NCBI GenBank assembly: GCA_964359925.1
Contig: CAYHWM010000001.1
Span: 1-42,961, forward strand
DNA from: an uncultured Methanosarcinales archaeon
Lineage (GTDB): Archaea; Nanobdellota; Nanobdellia; Woesearchaeales; ARS49
Direction: 5' to 3'
Length of the DNA stretch: 42,961 bases
The translations under genes were made by a program, and so were the position numbers. This document shows positions 14,539 to 24,024 of the stretch, one piece after another. The notes under the pieces are model-generated. The model was not told the origin of the DNA, ran no database searches, and saw only the letters and a program-made list of their open reading frames with translations. Numbering within the stretch: position 1 is the first letter of the stretch; the number at the start of each line of letters is the position of its first letter.

Positions 14539-15756
14539 ATGCCAGAAAAAGCACTTGATAATTTTTTCAACGAGTTCATTGAAAGAAAAGGAATATTTCT
14601 CGAGAAGAAAGCATTGCAATCATCATATACTCCTGATTCTATTCCTCATCGTGAAGAACAAATTAGTCAAGTAGCGAACATTCTTGCTCCTTGTCTTCGT
14701 CGTGAAAGACCCTCAAATCTCTTCGTGTACGGAAAGACTGGTTCTGGAAAAACTCTTACCATAAAACACGTTGTTGAAGGATTAAAGCGGGTAGCTCAAT
14801 CAAAAAGCATTCCTTTAGAAACATTATACTTAAATTGTAAACTGAAAAAAGTTGCAGATACTGAATATCGACTCATCGCTCAGCTCGCAAGAGATCTCGG
14901 ACAACCAATTCCTGCAACAGGACTTCCTACTGACGAAGTATATTCTTTCTTCTACAAAATTTTAGATTCCATGCCTCGAATAGTGCTTCTCATTCTCGAT
15001 GAGATAGACCAGCTTGCAGAAAAAACGAATGATCAACTATTATACAATCTGACTCGAGTAAATGCTGAATTAAAACAAGCACAATTAGCACTTGTAGGGA
15101 TATCCAACGACCCAAAATTTACGAGTCACCTTGACCCTCGGGTAAAAAGTTCCCTTTCGGAGGAAGAATTAGTATTTCCTCCTTATAACGCGTTGCAATT
15201 ACAAGAAATTCTTCATCAGAGAGCGTCGTTAGCATTTCACAAGTGTGCTCTTGCCGAAGGAGTGATAGAAAAATGTGCAGCGTATGCTGCTCGAGAACAT
15301 GGTGATGCTCGTAGAGCATTAGAATTATTGAGAGTTGCTGGAGAGCTCGCGGAAAGAGATAGACAATCAATAATTGCTCTCACTCACTTAGACGCTGCTG
15401 AGGAAAAAATAGATCACGACTCTATGATAGATATTGTGGCATCTCAACCATTGCAACACCAGTTAACATTGTTCGCAGTTCTTTCGCTCTGTAAGCAGAG
15501 CACTGACCCTATTTTTACAGGAGAAATTTATGAGTCTTACTCTACATTATGTACAAAGTGTGGTGTGCGGCCATTAACACAACGCAGAATATCCGATATT
15601 CTTGGAGAGTTTGACATGCTCGGATTACTGCAAGCACGCATTATTTCGAAGGGGAGATATGGTCGTACGAGAGAGATTCGTCCATCATTGCCTGTCGCTA
15701 CGGAAATAGAAGTGAGAAAAGTGTTGTGTGAATCGCTTTCACTGCCTCAAGGGTAA
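14539..15756 (+). CDS. cdc6: Orc1/Cdc6 replication initiator
   Basis: It has the YTPDSIPHREEQI N-terminal motif, Walker A YGKTGSGKT, Walker B LLILDEID, sensor GISND and a C-terminal winged helix. Confidence 0.95.
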   Translation: MPEKALDNFFNEFIERKGIFLEKKALQSSYTPDSIPHREEQISQVANILAPCLRRERPSNLFVYGKTGSGKTLTIKHVVEGLKRVAQSKSIPLETLYLNCKLKKVADTEYRLIAQLARDLGQPIPATGLPTDEVYSFFYKILDSMPRIVLLILDEIDQLAEKTNDQLLYNLTRVNAELKQAQLALVGISNDPKFTSHLDPRVKSSLSEEELVFPPYNALQLQEILHQRASLAFHKCALAEGVIEKCAAYAAREHGDARRALELLRVAGELAERDRQSIIALTHLDAAEEKIDHDSMIDIVASQPLQHQLTLFAVLSLCKQSTDPIFTGEIYESYSTLCTKCGVRPLTQRRISDILGEFDMLGLLQARIISKGRYGRTREIRPSLPVATEIEVRKVLCESLSLPQG

Positions 15757-15911
15757 TTGTTTTTTTCTTAAGAAGTTTCACTCATTGAATATATGGCGCC
15801 TACACTCTATGTCCGAGAGCAATAATCCATTTAAACAATCACCCGTTCCCAAAATTGCGATATCAAGTGTAATGCCCTCTCCTTGCAGGGTTAACACGGA
15901 TGGGTTAGAGT

Positions 15912-17393
15912 ATGGGGTTAGAGAGTAAAAAAGAGATAGTGGAGTATTGTATTCAGAAGAAAATACTTATCACTCCAGCATTATTATCATCTGTTTCTTC
16001 CGTTGCGGAAGTTGTTGAGTGGTTGCGAAACCGTTCAGGACAACAACCGTCAACACTTGCCTCAGCAGTTCCTCCTTCTCACTCTTCAAAAAATACTCTT
16101 CCTCCCACAGGTTCTTATGAGCTCGTCATGAATTATACTTCTCCGCCGAAGAAGCGTTCGGTTCAAGATTTTGTTACTTATTTTCGATCTCGAGCTTCCC
16201 AAATGGAAAAATTCTTGTCGCAACGTCAAGAATTATCTGGGGTGACATCTATCTCTCGAGCTCTTCAGAAAGTAGCGCGCGAGAAAACAGTGATTATAGG
16301 TCTTGTTTTCGAGACTCAAGTGACGAAGAATGATCATTTCATTTTTACTCTTGAAGATGTTACGGGGACGATAAAGTGTTTCGTCGGCAAGGATTCTCCG
16401 TTGCGTCAAGAAATGAACGATCTCGTTCTTGACGAAATGGTGGGGGTTGTTGGAACCTCTTCTGGTGCAGGATTGTTTTATGTCGAGTCAGTAGTTCATC
16501 CTGATATTCCTATAGTTCCTCAGCGCGAAGAGTGTCCTGATGACGTGTGTGGTGTCGTGTTGAGCGATATTCACGTGGGGTCTTCTGGGTTTCTGGAGGA
16601 TAAGTTTCTTTCTTTTCTTCGCTGGATTCGAGGAGAGGAGGGAACTCCGGAGCAGAAAGAAATCGCGGGAAAAGTGCGTTACCTATTCATCGCTGGGGAT
16701 ACTGTTGACGGCATGGGGGTGTACCCTGGTCAGGAGCGTAATTCTACGATGCATAATATTAACGACCAGTACGAGAAGTTGAGCAAGCTTCTTCGGGAGA
16801 TTCCTTCATCCATTCTTATCTTTTTCAGTCTCGGAGATCATGATGCTGGTCGTCTTTCAGAACCTCAACCTCCTCTCCTTTCACAGTTCAGAAAATTCTT
16901 TGATGGGATGAACAATGTAGTATTCGTCAGCAATCCTTCCATAATAAAAGTTCACAAAACAGGAGCGTTCTCAGGAGTGAACGTGCTCATCTATCACGGT
17001 CATAGTTTCTTTTACTACATGGAAAACATTCAAAGTATGAAGAATTCCGGGAAAGCATTGCACGAGCGTGCAGATCTCGCCAAAAAATATTTCCTTCAAC
17101 GAAGACATCTTGCTCCAGTATATGGTTCTACTCTTTCAGCCATTGATGCTGTTGATGCTCTCGTTCTCGAGAACGTTCCCGATATTTTTATTTCTGGGCA
17201 CGTTCATCGTCCTTCTGTTCAGTCGTATCGTGGAACTCTTCTCATTTCTGGGTCGTGCTGGCAGGCTCAGAGCGAGTTCGAAATAAAAGTTGGTCAGAAA
17301 CCCGAGCCTTGTATCGTGCCGATTATTCATTTGAAGTCGAGAACGGTAACAATGCTCGATTTTACGGAGGGGGCTATTCATGGCGACGTCTGA
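15912..17393 (+). CDS. DNA polymerase D (Pol II) small subunit DP1
   Basis: The calcineurin-like phosphoesterase motifs are LSDIHVGS, IAGDTVDG, GDHDA, YHGHS and SGHVHR. An OB-fold region precedes them. The gene overlaps DP2 by 14 nt. Confidence 0.95.
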   Translation: MGLESKKEIVEYCIQKKILITPALLSSVSSVAEVVEWLRNRSGQQPSTLASAVPPSHSSKNTLPPTGSYELVMNYTSPPKKRSVQDFVTYFRSRASQMEKFLSQRQELSGVTSISRALQKVAREKTVIIGLVFETQVTKNDHFIFTLEDVTGTIKCFVGKDSPLRQEMNDLVLDEMVGVVGTSSGAGLFYVESVVHPDIPIVPQREECPDDVCGVVLSDIHVGSSGFLEDKFLSFLRWIRGEEGTPEQKEIAGKVRYLFIAGDTVDGMGVYPGQERNSTMHNINDQYEKLSKLLREIPSSILIFFSLGDHDAGRLSEPQPPLLSQFRKFFDGMNNVVFVSNPSIIKVHKTGAFSGVNVLIYHGHSFFYYMENIQSMKNSGKALHERADLAKKYFLQRRHLAPVYGSTLSAIDAVDALVLENVPDIFISGHVHRPSVQSYRGTLLISGSCWQAQSEFEIKVGQKPEPCIVPIIHLKSRTVTMLDFTEGAIHGDV

Positions 17394-20300
17394 AATAGTT
17401 GCTTCTGATCGTATGAAGGAATATTTTGGTAGTGTTCAGGGGCACATAGCGAAAGCTCATGCTATAGCTGTGCAGGCGAGAAAGAAAGGGTTGGATCCTT
17501 CAGAGAAAGTGGAGATCGCTCTCGCCGCGAACATGGCTGAGAGAGTAGTTGGGTTGATTTCAGTTATCGCTCCTCAAATAGTGGATTCTGGAGTTGTTGA
17601 GAGGATTAAAGAATTAGAGGCACAGTATGGTCCTCTTGATTGGAGGGTTGCGTTAAAGATTGCTGAGGAGGTGGCGTTTCAGAAGTTTTGCAAGTTCTCG
17701 TCGAAAGAAGAAGGTATTGATATAGGTGTGCGTACTGGTTTCGCGTATAGTACTGTGGGAGTTGTGTCGTCCCCACTCGACGGGCTCGTCAAGATAGAAA
17801 TAAAGAAGCGATTGGATGGTGCTGGGGAGTATTTCTGTTTGCACTTTGCGGGGCCTATTAGGAATGCTGGTGGGACGAATGCGGCAGTGTGTGCTATTCT
17901 TGGAGATTATGTGCGTAAGAAGATGGGGTATGCGACGTATGACGCTACTGATGATGAGGCGAAGAGGGCGGTAACGGAGCTTCAGGATTATCATGAGAGG
18001 GTTACCAACTTGCAGTACGTTCCGAGCGAGGCAGAAGTGTTATTCCTCGTCAAACATTTACCTATCGAGATAGGCGGTGATCCTTCTGAAACGATTAACG
18101 TTTCGAATTATAAAGATCTTCCTCGTATTCCTACGAACCAAATCAGGAGTGGGTACTGTCTGCTGTTATCGTCTTGTATTCCTTTGAAAGCTCCAAAATT
18201 GTGGAAGCAGTTGTCGAAATGGGGTGCGGATTTTGATCTTGGTGATTGGAACTTTCTTGAAGAATTTTTGAAGATTCAGAAAGCTTCGAAAGCCCATGGC
18301 GCTGTTGTGAAGAAAGAATCAAAAATTACTCCAGACTACACGTATATTACTGATCTCGTCGCTGGCAGGCCGGTATTTGGTCACCCTTTGGAGCGTGGTG
18401 GTTTCCGTTTGAGGTATGGGAGAGTGCGGTGTTCTGGGTATTCTGCTCAAGCAGTGCATCCTGCAACGATGCTCGTGTTGGATCGTTTTCTCGCTATTGG
18501 TACTCAGTTGAAGTCTGAACGTCCCGGGAAAGGTGCGGTGTTTACGACGTGTGACGAAATTGAAGGTCCCATAGTAAAGTTGGTTTCGGGGGATGTTCTT
18601 CTTCTTCAATCGATTCAGAAAGCGAAAGAGGTAGAGAAAGATATTGTTGAAATATTGTTTCTCGGCGATGTTCTTATTAGTTATGGTGATTTTTTTAATC
18701 GTGCTCACGTTCTCGTACCTCCAGGATATTGTGAGGAGTGGTGGGTGAAAGAGGTTGAAAAGGAGTGTGTTGCTCGTTTTGGTTCCGTTGACGCGTTTAA
18801 ATTATCAGAAGAGTGTGGTATTCCTGTTGAGAACGTGCAGTCGTTGTTGGCGAACGCTTTGAAAGTTCAACCTTCTTGTGAAGAGTCGTTCGCGTTATCA
18901 AAATCGTTGAGCGTTCCTTTGCATCCTCGATTCACGTATCATTATGCTGATGTTCCTGTTTCTGATCTTGCTCTGTTGAGAGCGTGGTTGTGTTCTGGGA
19001 ATCAATCTCGTGGAGAGAATGGTTTGAAAATAGTTCTTCCCTTCAAAGAACAACCAAAAAGGGTTCTTGAAGTGTTGGGAGTTCCTCACCAGTGTCGTCT
19101 CGGATCATTTGTCGTCATAGAGGGCGGCGATGCTCTTGCACTGAGTGAGTGTTTGCGACTCGGTAATGATTCGTTCGTTACTCCAACGACTGAAGTATCG
19201 CTTGATTGGGTGAGTGCTGTTTCTCCTGTTCGTCTTCGTGATAAGTCGGGAATTTATATTGGTTCTCGTATGGGCCGTCCTGAGAAGGCGAAGATGAGAA
19301 AGATGAAGGGTGGAGCTCACGGATTGTTCCCTGTTGGTAAAGAGGGTGGTCGTTTGAGGTCGTTGACGGAAGCTATTCGTGTTGGTAAAATTTCTGCTGA
19401 CGCTCCTCAATATTCTTGTTCTTCTTGTGGTGCTGTAACAGTGTATGGTTCTTGTCACTTGTGTGGCTCTTCCGCAGTTCGATCGTTTTGGTGTGAACCT
19501 TGTGCGAAGTGGTTGAAAGAGAAGTCTTGTGAGCGTCATGGGGAGTGTGCATTGTTCAAGAAGCAGACTATTCCTTCGAAGGAGTATTTTGATCAGGCGA
19601 TGAAATTGTCGAAGTTGCTCGTCCCTCCTGACTTGGTGAAGGGTGTTCGTGGCACGTTTAATGCTGATCATTATCTTGAGCATATGACGAAGTCTCTTCT
19701 TCGTGCGAAGTATGATATTAACGTGAATAAGGATGGCACGATACGGTATGATTGTAGCGAGTTTCCGTTGACTCATTTCCGTCCTAAGGAGGTTAGAACT
19801 TCTGTTGGAAAACTGGTAGAATTAGGGTATTCTCTCGACGTTGATGGAGTTCCTTTGACTCGTGATGATCAACTTCTCGAAATACTTCCTCAGGATGTTA
19901 TTCTCCCAGCATGTCCTGAATCTCCGAACGAACCTGCAGATAAGGTGTTGATGAGTGTTGCTTCGTTCGTCGATGATGAGTTGGAGTTCATGTATGGTCT
20001 TCCACGGTGGCATAACGTGAAAACGAGTGATGATCTTGTCGGGCATATTATTATCGCTCTTGCTCCTCACACGTCTGCAGGGTTGGCGTGTAGAATTATT
20101 GGGTTTTCGAAAACGCAGGGTTTTTTCTCTCACCCGTACGTTCATGCTGCTTGTCGTCGTGATTGTGATGGTGACGAGATTGGTTTCTTGTTGTTGATGG
20201 ATGGATTGTTGAACTTTTCTCGATTGTTCCTTCCGAGCTCTCGTGGTTCTACGATGGACGCTCCTCTCGTCCTTACATCTCTTTTAAACCCTTCAGAGGT

Positions 20301-20913
20301 TGATGATATGGCTTTCGATGTCGATATTGCTTGGGAGTATCCTTTAGAATTTTATGATGCTTGTTGTGCTTGGAAGATGCCTTGGGACGTGAAAATTCCT
20401 CAGATTAAGGGAACTCTCGGAACTGTTGCGCAGTACGAGGGCATGGGGTGTAGTCACGATGTTGAAGATATTAACGTGGGGGTGTTGTGTTCTGCGTACA
20501 AAACGTTGCCGACGATGGAGGACAAGCTGAAGGGGCAAATGGCTCTCGCGGTGAAGATTCGTGCAGTGAACGCGTCTGATGTTGCGCGTCTCGTTATCGA
20601 GAAACATTTCATTCGTGACACGAAGGGTAATCTTCGAAAGTTTTCTTCTCAAGAATTCCGTTGTGTTGATTGTAATGAGAAATTTCGTCGGCCTCCACTT
20701 TCTGGGAAGTGTAACGAGTGCGGAGGAAAACTTCTCTTCACTATTTCTGAGGGTTCGATCATAAAGTATTTTGAACCGATGCTTTCTCTCGCGAAGAAGT
20801 ACAAAGTTCCTGCCTATCTTCTCCAAAGCATTGAACTCTTGCAAGTGCGTATCGAAGGAGTCTTCGGACGGGACAAAGAAAAACAAGCAGGGTTAGGAGC
20901 GTGGTTCGGGTGA
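17380..20913 (+). CDS. DNA polymerase D (Pol II) large subunit DP2, no intein
   Basis: It is 1177 aa, with SRMGRPEKAKMRKMKG, the CSSCG...CHLCG and CVDCNEKF...CNECGG zinc clusters, and CRRDCDGDE catalytic-site-like acidic residues. Confidence 0.95.
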   Translation: MATSEIVASDRMKEYFGSVQGHIAKAHAIAVQARKKGLDPSEKVEIALAANMAERVVGLISVIAPQIVDSGVVERIKELEAQYGPLDWRVALKIAEEVAFQKFCKFSSKEEGIDIGVRTGFAYSTVGVVSSPLDGLVKIEIKKRLDGAGEYFCLHFAGPIRNAGGTNAAVCAILGDYVRKKMGYATYDATDDEAKRAVTELQDYHERVTNLQYVPSEAEVLFLVKHLPIEIGGDPSETINVSNYKDLPRIPTNQIRSGYCLLLSSCIPLKAPKLWKQLSKWGADFDLGDWNFLEEFLKIQKASKAHGAVVKKESKITPDYTYITDLVAGRPVFGHPLERGGFRLRYGRVRCSGYSAQAVHPATMLVLDRFLAIGTQLKSERPGKGAVFTTCDEIEGPIVKLVSGDVLLLQSIQKAKEVEKDIVEILFLGDVLISYGDFFNRAHVLVPPGYCEEWWVKEVEKECVARFGSVDAFKLSEECGIPVENVQSLLANALKVQPSCEESFALSKSLSVPLHPRFTYHYADVPVSDLALLRAWLCSGNQSRGENGLKIVLPFKEQPKRVLEVLGVPHQCRLGSFVVIEGGDALALSECLRLGNDSFVTPTTEVSLDWVSAVSPVRLRDKSGIYIGSRMGRPEKAKMRKMKGGAHGLFPVGKEGGRLRSLTEAIRVGKISADAPQYSCSSCGAVTVYGSCHLCGSSAVRSFWCEPCAKWLKEKSCERHGECALFKKQTIPSKEYFDQAMKLSKLLVPPDLVKGVRGTFNADHYLEHMTKSLLRAKYDINVNKDGTIRYDCSEFPLTHFRPKEVRTSVGKLVELGYSLDVDGVPLTRDDQLLEILPQDVILPACPESPNEPADKVLMSVASFVDDELEFMYGLPRWHNVKTSDDLVGHIIIALAPHTSAGLACRIIGFSKTQGFFSHPYVHAACRRDCDGDEIGFLLLMDGLLNFSRLFLPSSRGSTMDAPLVLTSLLNPSEVDDMAFDVDIAWEYPLEFYDACCAWKMPWDVKIPQIKGTLGTVAQYEGMGCSHDVEDINVGVLCSAYKTLPTMEDKLKGQMALAVKIRAVNASDVARLVIEKHFIRDTKGNLRKFSSQEFRCVDCNEKFRRPPLSGKCNECGGKLLFTISEGSIIKYFEPMLSLAKKYKVPAYLLQSIELLQVRIEGVFGRDKEKQAGLGAWFG

Positions 20914-20969
20914 AGTGTAGGAAGTAGTGGGTAGTGTGTGGGGAGTAGGAAGTGAAAAATGGAGAGTAA
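20914..20969 (+). repeat. 7-nt periodic NNNGTAG array starting at the base after the DP2 stop codon
   Basis: The sequence reads TGA|AGTGTAG|GAAGTAG|TGGGTAG|TGTGTGG|GGAGTAG|GAAGTGA|AAAATGG|AGAGTAA. The cores end at 20920, 20927, 20934, 20941, 20948, 20955, 20962 and 20969. Confidence 0.6.
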
Positions 20970-21033
20970 AAGATAACAAATATGACAAAAGGTATTTATA
21001 GGTGGAACATTCTCAAGTGATTGGTGATAACGT

Positions 21034-21993
21034 ATGGCTGATGCAGATTCAATAAATGGCATTTCTCCAAGTGAGTGTGCCGGAGCATTGAGCGTTCAAG
21101 ATTTTTTCAGTTATGTAATGAGCGATCTTCCAATGTATGCGAGAACTCTCGTTGATACTGCAACAAATTCTCGAAAAGACACATTACGTCACGTGTTAAA
21201 CCTCAACCCTCAAGCGGAAGACGCCGCGAAAGAATTAGGACGATTACTTGAGGCATACACTGTCGCTCGTGAAAAGTTCGCAGACGCGACGAGTGTTTTG
21301 GAACGTCACGTTCAGGAAACAATAACTCGTTCTGATGGAGGGCTGAACATAACATTTGTTTCCACCAGCGATAACTCATACGAAGTTCGAGTAGCACAAA
21401 AAGGCCTCGAGTTTAAAGACGCGGGTCCTCTCTTGACTCAACGGTTGTACGCGTTGTGGAAGGCGACAAGGTTCACGTATGCTACTGCAACGGATGGAAT
21501 CATTTCAGCAGTGCTTCACCATTCAGAAAATCCCAATTGGCTTGAGGAGGAAGTTCTTAATGATGAGGTATTCCCTGTTTACTTGGAGGGGCAACAACAA
21601 CGAGTGTTTATCGAAACTCCAAAACTTGGAGCGGGAATCTCGTACGCTCTTCTTTCCCTTCAAACAAAATCTTCAAGAGTGCGCTTAGGAGCACGAAGAA
21701 AAACTGAATGGACTGAAGAAGAAGCTCAAGACCTTATCTCCTGCTTGGAACAATTAAAAGTTGCAGGCGTAAAGTGTTCTGTAAATTATGTTAGAGGAGA
21801 ATCAACGAATATTGCGAATTGGATAACTCGGTCAGAACTTGCAACAGAAGGAAACTGGAGAGCGGTTTCTCAAGAGAGCTTTCTCGAGAAAGGAATGGAA
21901 TTTGTCGGATGTGCCGACGAGCTCGATTCTGGAATCGTTCCGAGTCCCGGAGAGCGACCTTCCGAAAAACAACCAAGAGCAAAGAAGCAATAG
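21034..21993 (+). CDS. hypothetical protein (319 aa)
   Basis: It is a long ORF with normal composition. A GGTATTTATAGG TATA-like box lies about 35-43 nt upstream. I recognise no family signature. Confidence 0.6.
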   Translation: MADADSINGISPSECAGALSVQDFFSYVMSDLPMYARTLVDTATNSRKDTLRHVLNLNPQAEDAAKELGRLLEAYTVAREKFADATSVLERHVQETITRSDGGLNITFVSTSDNSYEVRVAQKGLEFKDAGPLLTQRLYALWKATRFTYATATDGIISAVLHHSENPNWLEEEVLNDEVFPVYLEGQQQRVFIETPKLGAGISYALLSLQTKSSRVRLGARRKTEWTEEEAQDLISCLEQLKVAGVKCSVNYVRGESTNIANWITRSELATEGNWRAVSQESFLEKGMEFVGCADELDSGIVPSPGERPSEKQPRAKKQ

Positions 21994-22002
21994 ATTTTTT
22001 AT

Positions 22003-22092
22003 CTATTCCTGCACAACAACCGCGTACGGCACTCCATCTATCGTTTTCATGTCTTGTTGCGTGATGACTTCTTCAGTGAGTGTCTGAGTGCA
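22003..22092 (-). pseudogene. orphan fragment homologous to the 3' end of the DUF424-like gene at 23000-23299
   Basis: The minus frame reads ...LTEEVITQQDMKTIDGVPYAVVVQE*. The intact gene's C-terminus is LEEEVITEQDVRMIDGVPYAVVVLVQE*. Of 25 aligned residues, 20 are identical. No start codon or upstream body is present. Confidence 0.6.
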
Positions 22093-22176
22093 TTATGAGT
22101 AGTATAATAGGGGCATAGTAACTAATGTGAAAACCCTATTATGCTCGTTGGCAGTTACAAGATAAATTATTAATTA

Positions 22177-22594
22177 CTAACTGCCGACATAGTAAAAGAG
22201 TTCTCTCAGTTCTGTTGTCGTGTACACTGTTACTATTTCCTGTTTTTTGAGTTGTTTGTCGTTGCTCCAGAGAGCGCAGCGTGGTTCGAGTGCAATAGCG
22301 AAATAGTCCGCGTCTTTCTTGTCGGGACTTATCTTTTCTGCTTCTTCAATGAACCTTTCGGTTTCTTCGTTTGGTATGATCGTTATTACTTTTTTTGATC
22401 GTGTCAATAATGGTTTTGAATTCTTCTTTTGTTCTCTGTGTCTTTCTCGCGATGAGTTCTTCGTATTTCAGAAATTCTTCAAAGAGGAACTCTGGAGCGT
22501 ATATGGCAAGGTCTTCTTGATAGAGTAATTCTTCTGTGTCTCCGCTTTTGATGAGTATTGCGAAGAGTATGTTTGCGTCTATGACGATGTCCAT
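22177..22594 (-). pseudogene. vapC: PIN-domain (VapC-like) toxin gene split by a frameshift in an A7 run
   Basis: The 82-aa ORF (MDIVIDANILFAIL..., N-terminal PIN acidic residue) and the 76-aa ORF (...DADYFAIALEPRCALWSNDKQLKK, C-terminal PIN half) overlap in different frames. The frames switch at the homopolymer T7/A7 at 22390-22396. Removing one A gives a continuous PIN protein of roughly 135-140 aa (...TIIDTIKKVITIIPNEET...). Confidence 0.7.
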
Positions 22595-22688
22595 GTTATA
22601 GCAAATCGCAGTAATTTTTGAACATTCTTTTTGCGGTTTGCTATACTAGTGGAGCTCGCAAATATTCATTTATTAACGAGATTCACTA

Positions 22689-22913
22689 TTACGCTCTCAT
22701 TCTTCTTTTTGAGAGGTTTCTGTTCAGTTCTGACCCGAGTTTGAGTGCGTCTTCTTCTGTGAGTATGCTTTTCTCCTTAAATTTTTTGATGAGTTCTAAA
22801 TCGTGCACTTTTTCATCGAATGCTTCTCGTGCAACTGCACTCCAGTTTATTTCTGCAAAAACGTCCATTTTTTGTTTTAATTCAAAAGGTACTGCTAACG
22901 TAACATTCACCAT
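22689..22913 (-). CDS. putative antitoxin-like small protein upstream of the PIN gene
   Basis: It is 74 aa: MVNVTLAVPFELKQKMDVFAEINWSAVAREAFDEKV... The call rests on its small size, its position 95 nt upstream of the PIN gene on the same strand, and its strand-then-helix start. The family assignment is tentative. Confidence 0.55.
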   Translation of the reverse strand: MVNVTLAVPFELKQKMDVFAEINWSAVAREAFDEKVHDLELIKKFKEKSILTEEDALKLGSELNRNLSKRRMRA

Positions 22914-22999
22914 AGAGGAATCACCACTATGTGGAATATGTGTATATATTTAAATGTTGTGTTTGTCCTTGACGATGAGGTTTCTCATGGGCTGCCTAC

Positions 23000-23299
23000 T
23001 TATTCTTGTACCAGCACCACTACTGCGTATGGCACCCCATCAATCATTCTAACATCTTGTTCCGTAATAACTTCTTCTTCGAGCGCGAGTGTGATGGTTT
23101 CTTTTCCTGCGATGTTGAGGAAGTCTGCGTTTCTCATGATGTCTCCTACTTCTGATGGTGTTCTCTCGATGCCTTCGTAGAATGGTTCTGTGAAGTTGAG
23201 TTTGTGGTTTCCTTCTTCGTGAACCGTTCCGAGGAGGTTTGTATCAATAACTGCTGCGAGTGTTCTTCCTCCTTCCGCGTTGTGGAGTTTGACGATCAT
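23000..23299 (-). CDS. DUF424-like small archaeal protein
   Basis: MIVKLHNAEGGRTLAAVIDTNLLGTVHEEG... resembles the conserved archaeal DUF424 family that is often next to aIF2-beta. The start is trimmed to the ATG at 23299 so that it no longer overlaps the upstream gene. Confidence 0.65.
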   Translation of the reverse strand: MIVKLHNAEGGRTLAAVIDTNLLGTVHEEGNHKLNFTEPFYEGIERTPSEVGDIMRNADFLNIAGKETITLALEEEVITEQDVRMIDGVPYAVVVLVQE

Positions 23300-23313
23300 G
23301 CTTCCACCATTTT

Positions 23314-23721
23314 TTATAATTTTGACGTGACGACTGTTCTGTGACCGCATACGGAGCACACGACTGCGCTTAACTTTCCGTCTTTTTTGATGTCAGTGTC
23401 TGGTTTTCCGCAGGCTCCGCAGAAGACGAATTCGTCTGCGTACTCTTTTATTTTTTGGTTGATGCGTGACGCTGCTACTTTCGTTCCGAACACAATGCTT
23501 CCGTTCTTTAACATTCCAGGGGTCGCTAACTCTTTGAGCAAGTACTTCAGTAAGTGGTCTTGAGGTCTTCGTATTTTTTCTGCGATGAGTGAGTAGTTGG
23601 AGATGATCGTTTTGTTTCCTTCGATGTGTCCTTTCACTGTTGGGAGTTCGAATCGTTCTTTTTCTTGGAGTCGTTCCGGTGCTTGTTCTTTTGCTCTCTT
23701 CAATAACTCTAAGTATTCCAT
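23314..23721 (-). CDS. eif2b: translation initiation factor aIF2 beta subunit
   Basis: MEYLELLKRAKEQ...RFELP...G.KTII.N..., then LLKYLLKELATPG and the C-terminal zinc ribbon FVFCGACGKPDT...CSVCGH. The start is trimmed from the TTG at 23736 to the ATG at 23721. Confidence 0.9.
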   Translation of the reverse strand: MEYLELLKRAKEQAPERLQEKERFELPTVKGHIEGNKTIISNYSLIAEKIRRPQDHLLKYLLKELATPGMLKNGSIVFGTKVAASRINQKIKEYADEFVFCGACGKPDTDIKKDGKLSAVVCSVCGHRTVVTSKL

Positions 23722-23854
23722 AGGGTGGAAAAACAAGAGCTCGTTTTTAAGCGTTGTGGCTTCTCGTCGGTGGAAAGCGTAACGTTTATATACCGTTCTC
23801 GTAAAGGTGTGCTTGTCGGCGGGTATTCGTTGACGAAAATCGAGGTGATGTTGT

Positions 23855-24022
23855 ATGGCTGATGATGTTCTTTTGAGGTTGGTGTTGTACGTTATTGTTG
23901 GTACTCTTGCAGCGATCGTGTATTCTTTGAGAGTTCTCGTGTTGCTCGATAGGAAGATTGAGCGTATTGAGGAGCATATTGAGAGAATGACTTCTCATCT
24001 TGTTGGTAAGAAGAGGAAGTAG
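23855..24022 (+). CDS. unannotated small membrane protein (55 aa)
   Basis: It falls below the ORF-track size cut-off. It reads MADDVLLRLVLYVIVGTLAAIVYSLRVLVLLDRKIERIEEHIERMTSHLVGKKRK*, with one TM plus an amphipathic tail. GTTTATATACC at about 23784-23794 lies upstream. Its stop (24020-24022) is 2 nt before the ATG of the next gene. Confidence 0.45.
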   Translation: MADDVLLRLVLYVIVGTLAAIVYSLRVLVLLDRKIERIEEHIERMTSHLVGKKRK

Positions 24023-24024
24023 GT

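Noticed and set aside
17653-20886. Minus-strand ORFs inside the PolD genes (e.g. 19105-19776 at 223 aa, 20344-20886 at 180 aa, 18319-18708)
   Set aside because: They have Arg/Thr/Asn/Leu-rich low-complexity composition and lie fully within confidently identified plus-strand genes.
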